Positions 61,334-64,000 of a DNA stretch of 64,000 bases are shown here, piece by piece. The stretch spans positions 33,539-97,538 of IMG/VR virus record IMGVR_UViG_3300025949_000019. One strand, written 5' to 3'. Position 1 is the first letter of the stretch. Each line of letters starts with the position of its first letter. The notes beneath the pieces are model-generated. The model was not told the DNA's origin. It was given only the letters and a program-made list of their open reading frames with translations, and made no database searches. This stretch comes from a virus. The position numbers and the translations under genes were made by a program.

Positions 61334-64000
61334 ATGGCTGATCAAAAACACACTCTTAACGAAATCCCCGTCGAAAAGACGATGCTCGCAAAACTCTTTG
61401 CGAGAGAAAACATTTCTGTCGTTCATAGCAACGTCAAAACTGCTATGTTCGATACGACCACGCGCACGATGTATCTTCCGTACTGGAAGAACGTTGACCT
61501 CAACATGTACGACATGCTTGTGGCTCACGAAACTGGTCATGCGCTCGAAACTCCGCTTGATGGATTCCACGAAAACAACAAAGTATATAAAGGTTTGATC
61601 CGTCAATATCTGAACATTGTTGAAGATGCTCGTATCGAGAAACTTCAACTTCGTCGTTATCCGGGTCTGAAGAATGCGTTCACTGAAGCGTACAAGTCGC
61701 TCATGGATCGCAACTTCTTCGTCTTGAAGGGCGAACTTCCGCTTGATAAACAAAATCTTGAGGATCGTTTCCTTGGCGACCGAATCAATCTGTATTTCAA
61801 GCTTGGTCGTTGGGGTCACCTGAATGTTCCGTTCAAGAACGACAAAGAACTTGATATTCTGAAACGTGTCTCTCTTGCTGAGACTTTTGATGAAGTTCGC
61901 GCGCTTGCGAAAGAAATCATGGAGTATGACAAGGCGCAATATCAAAAGCAAAAGAAACAACAAGAACAAGATGGTGAAGGCGAAGGCAAGGAAAAAGGCA
62001 AAAACAAACAACAGAAGGGCAAAGGACAAAAAGGAAAAGGACAGAAATCTCCGTCTTCCGATAGTTCGGATGGCGAAGGTGATTCTGACAGCGACTCTGA
62101 AGGCGATGATGGGGAAGAAGGTTCTTCCTCCGGCAAAAAAGGAAAGAATGGAAAGAAAGACGGAAAAGGGAAAGGTCAATCTTCGAAGAAAGAGGCTTCT
62201 GACGCTGACGAAGAATCTGATACTGGAGATGGTTCCGGTGATGATGGTAGCGGCGATGAAGAAGGCAAATCTGGATCGCAAGATGGAGAGGGTGATACCG
62301 AATCCGAAGATGAGAGCAATTCTTCGGGCTCTGGTGACGAAAGTGGTGATTCCGATTCTGAAAACGAGTCAGAAAATAGCAATCAAGATGGTGGTTCGCC
62401 TTCTAACGGCTTTGGTCGGAATCTGAAGGATAGCCCTGTTTCTGACGAAGAATTTCAGAAACATTGCCCCGGAGCTAACGCCTCTGATCGTGCATACCAC
62501 CAAGCCATGGAAGATTTGACTTCTGTCAATAACTTTCAAGACGTGATTATTTGCAATCTTCCGATTGTTGATGAAAAGAAGGTGGTCATTTCCTCGCAGG
62601 AAGTCTTCGAATTGTTTGAAAAATTCATGCTGCACCCTGGCTATGGCGGCATGCCTGCGGCTGCTGCAAAGGAAAAGGCACTGGAAATTTACACGCATTT
62701 CCGTCAGAAATATCTGCATTCTGTCAACTACCTGATTAAGGAATTTGATCTTCGTAAAGCTGCCGACGAACACAAGAGAACGACCACGACTCGCATGGGA
62801 GACTTGAATTTGTCTAAGATTCACTCTTACAAATTCAACGAAGATATCTTCCGCCGCGTTGATCAAGTGCAGGAAGGTAAGTGCCACGCCTTCGTTATGC
62901 TGCTTGATATGTCTGGCTCGATGAGTAGTGTCTTTCACAAGACTATGATTCAACTTTTGATTCTTGTGGAATTCTGCCATCGTTTGAATATCCCGTTCGA
63001 AGTTTACGGATTTGTTGACAATCAATCTGCTATTAGTTACGTGCATCACAAAAACAAGGCTCTTACCATCAAAGAAAACGTGAACGATATCGTTCTGCAT
63101 GGAATCAGCCGTTTTGCGATGATTCGCCTGATTGATAGTTCGATTAAGGATCGTAAGTATCGCCAACTTGTTGGTTATTTGCTTTCTTATTCTTGTGGTG
63201 TCACTGGTGGCACCAAGAAGAAAATGTATCTGAAAGATGATGCTGGCAGAAGCATGCCTCTTGAGGACATTCCCGAGTTTGGACTTTCGGGAACGCCTCT
63301 GATTGAGGCGATGTATGTCATGCCGAATCTGATCAAGAAGTTCAAGGAAAAGAGTGGCGCGCAAATCGTTCACTTCTTCAACCTTACTGATGGAATGGGC
63401 GGATACATCGGCGAATACTACGATATGGTCGCGCAACAATACGGCAACAGCAATCGCTCTGCTGTTTCGCGTCAACCTATTCTTTGCAAAGGATACAATA
63501 ACTTTAATAGCTACAGCGGTTATAACAAACAGAGTACGCGAACCAAAGTGATCTTTAACGATCTTCAGACGAAGAAGATTTACGAATACAAATTCGATGA
63601 AAACCAGAAAAATAACTTGTCTTCGCATACGCAACATATTTCTATGAACTTGCTTTCTCGTAGAATTGCTGCTCTGGGTTGTAACGTTATCAACATCAAT
63701 TTGCTCGGAAGCAATCGCGAAATGCAATCTGCTCTGGAACGTTGTTTCATTGCGAATGAATTCTTCTACACGAAGACGAAGGAAACGAAGGACGCAATCA
63801 AAAAGACGTACATGAAAGAAGGATTTGCCAAGTGTGAAAGTAGCATCTTCACGCACGAATTCTTCATGGCTACGAATACGACCACGTATGTTCCGGAGTA
63901 TTCTGCCGATGGACAAACACAAGGAACAGTGACGCAAATGAAGAACGAGATTATGAAGGAAATGAAGGAAAATCTTAATACTCGCCTTCTTGCTATTGAG
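61334..64000 (+). CDS. CobT-like protein: HExxH metallopeptidase-like domain, acidic linker and VWA domain; 3' truncated, absent from ORF track
   Basis: MADQKHT..LAKLFARENI.V.H...TA.FD...R...LP.W, HETGHAL, NIVEDARIEK...YPGL; MIDAS LLDMSGSM at ~62900, LSGTPL at ~63290; same frame at the window end. Confidence 0.88.
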   Translation, partial: MADQKHTLNEIPVEKTMLAKLFARENISVVHSNVKTAMFDTTTRTMYLPYWKNVDLNMYDMLVAHETGHALETPLDGFHENNKVYKGLIRQYLNIVEDARIEKLQLRRYPGLKNAFTEAYKSLMDRNFFVLKGELPLDKQNLEDRFLGDRINLYFKLGRWGHLNVPFKNDKELDILKRVSLAETFDEVRALAKEIMEYDKAQYQKQKKQQEQDGEGEGKEKGKNKQQKGKGQKGKGQKSPSSDSSDGEGDSDSDSEGDDGEEGSSSGKKGKNGKKDGKGKGQSSKKEASDADEESDTGDGSGDDGSGDEEGKSGSQDGEGDTESEDESNSSGSGDESGDSDSENESENSNQDGGSPSNGFGRNLKDSPVSDEEFQKHCPGANASDRAYHQAMEDLTSVNNFQDVIICNLPIVDEKKVVISSQEVFELFEKFMLHPGYGGMPAAAAKEKALEIYTHFRQKYLHSVNYLIKEFDLRKAADEHKRTTTTRMGDLNLSKIHSYKFNEDIFRRVDQVQEGKCHAFVMLLDMSGSMSSVFHKTMIQLLILVEFCHRLNIPFEVYGFVDNQSAISYVHHKNKALTIKENVNDIVLHGISRFAMIRLIDSSIKDRKYRQLVGYLLSYSCGVTGGTKKKMYLKDDAGRSMPLEDIPEFGLSGTPLIEAMYVMPNLIKKFKEKSGAQIVHFFNLTDGMGGYIGEYYDMVAQQYGNSNRSAVSRQPILCKGYNNFNSYSGYNKQSTRTKVIFNDLQTKKIYEYKFDENQKNNLSSHTQHISMNLLSRRIAALGCNVININLLGSNREMQSALERCFIANEFFYTKTKETKDAIKKTYMKEGFAKCESSIFTHEFFMATNTTTYVPEYSADGQTQGTVTQMKNEIMKEMKENLNTRLLAIE

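Noticed and set aside
61331-63937. Long - strand ORFs (316 and 522 aa) and + strand 61866..62426
   Set aside because: These are shadows of the CobT-like gene, which has clear motifs and a promoter on the + strand.

Overview
This is a 64 kb segment of a large T4-like myovirus genome. The + strand (1-50128) carries the late virion cluster: baseplate hub, gp5, PAAR gp5.4, gp25, gp6, gp7, gp8, a VrlC/DUF4815-like protein, fibre and adhesin genes, gp13-gp23, a second fibre module and gp3. It is driven by T4-type late promoters (consensus here NNTAAATA). The - strand (50064-60850) carries uvsY, uvsW, gp55, gp47, gp46, peptide deformylase, a DNA methyltransferase-like gene, a very small DNA ligase and a macrodomain protein. 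A divergent sigma70-promoter early region starts at ~60.9 kb, including a CobT-like HExxH/VWA gene that runs off the window and is missing from the ORF track. I saw no tRNA, rRNA or CRISPR array. Two signals stand out. (1) The PAAR spike gene is split by a 10-nt CAT-TAG-TTGC-CAT insertion directly downstream of a GIY-YIG homing endonuclease, the architecture of a ribosomal-bypass/homing-endonuclease cassette like T4 gene 60/mobA. (2) There is an expanded capsid-cargo system: about 6-7 genes with T4 capsid-targeting leaders, gp67-like anchors fused to glycine-zipper peptides, and an 833-aa apparent polyprotein that the prohead protease could cut into about 10 cationic, glycine-zipper, membrane-active-looking peptides. 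All product calls come from motif recognition and synteny by eye; no searches were run.
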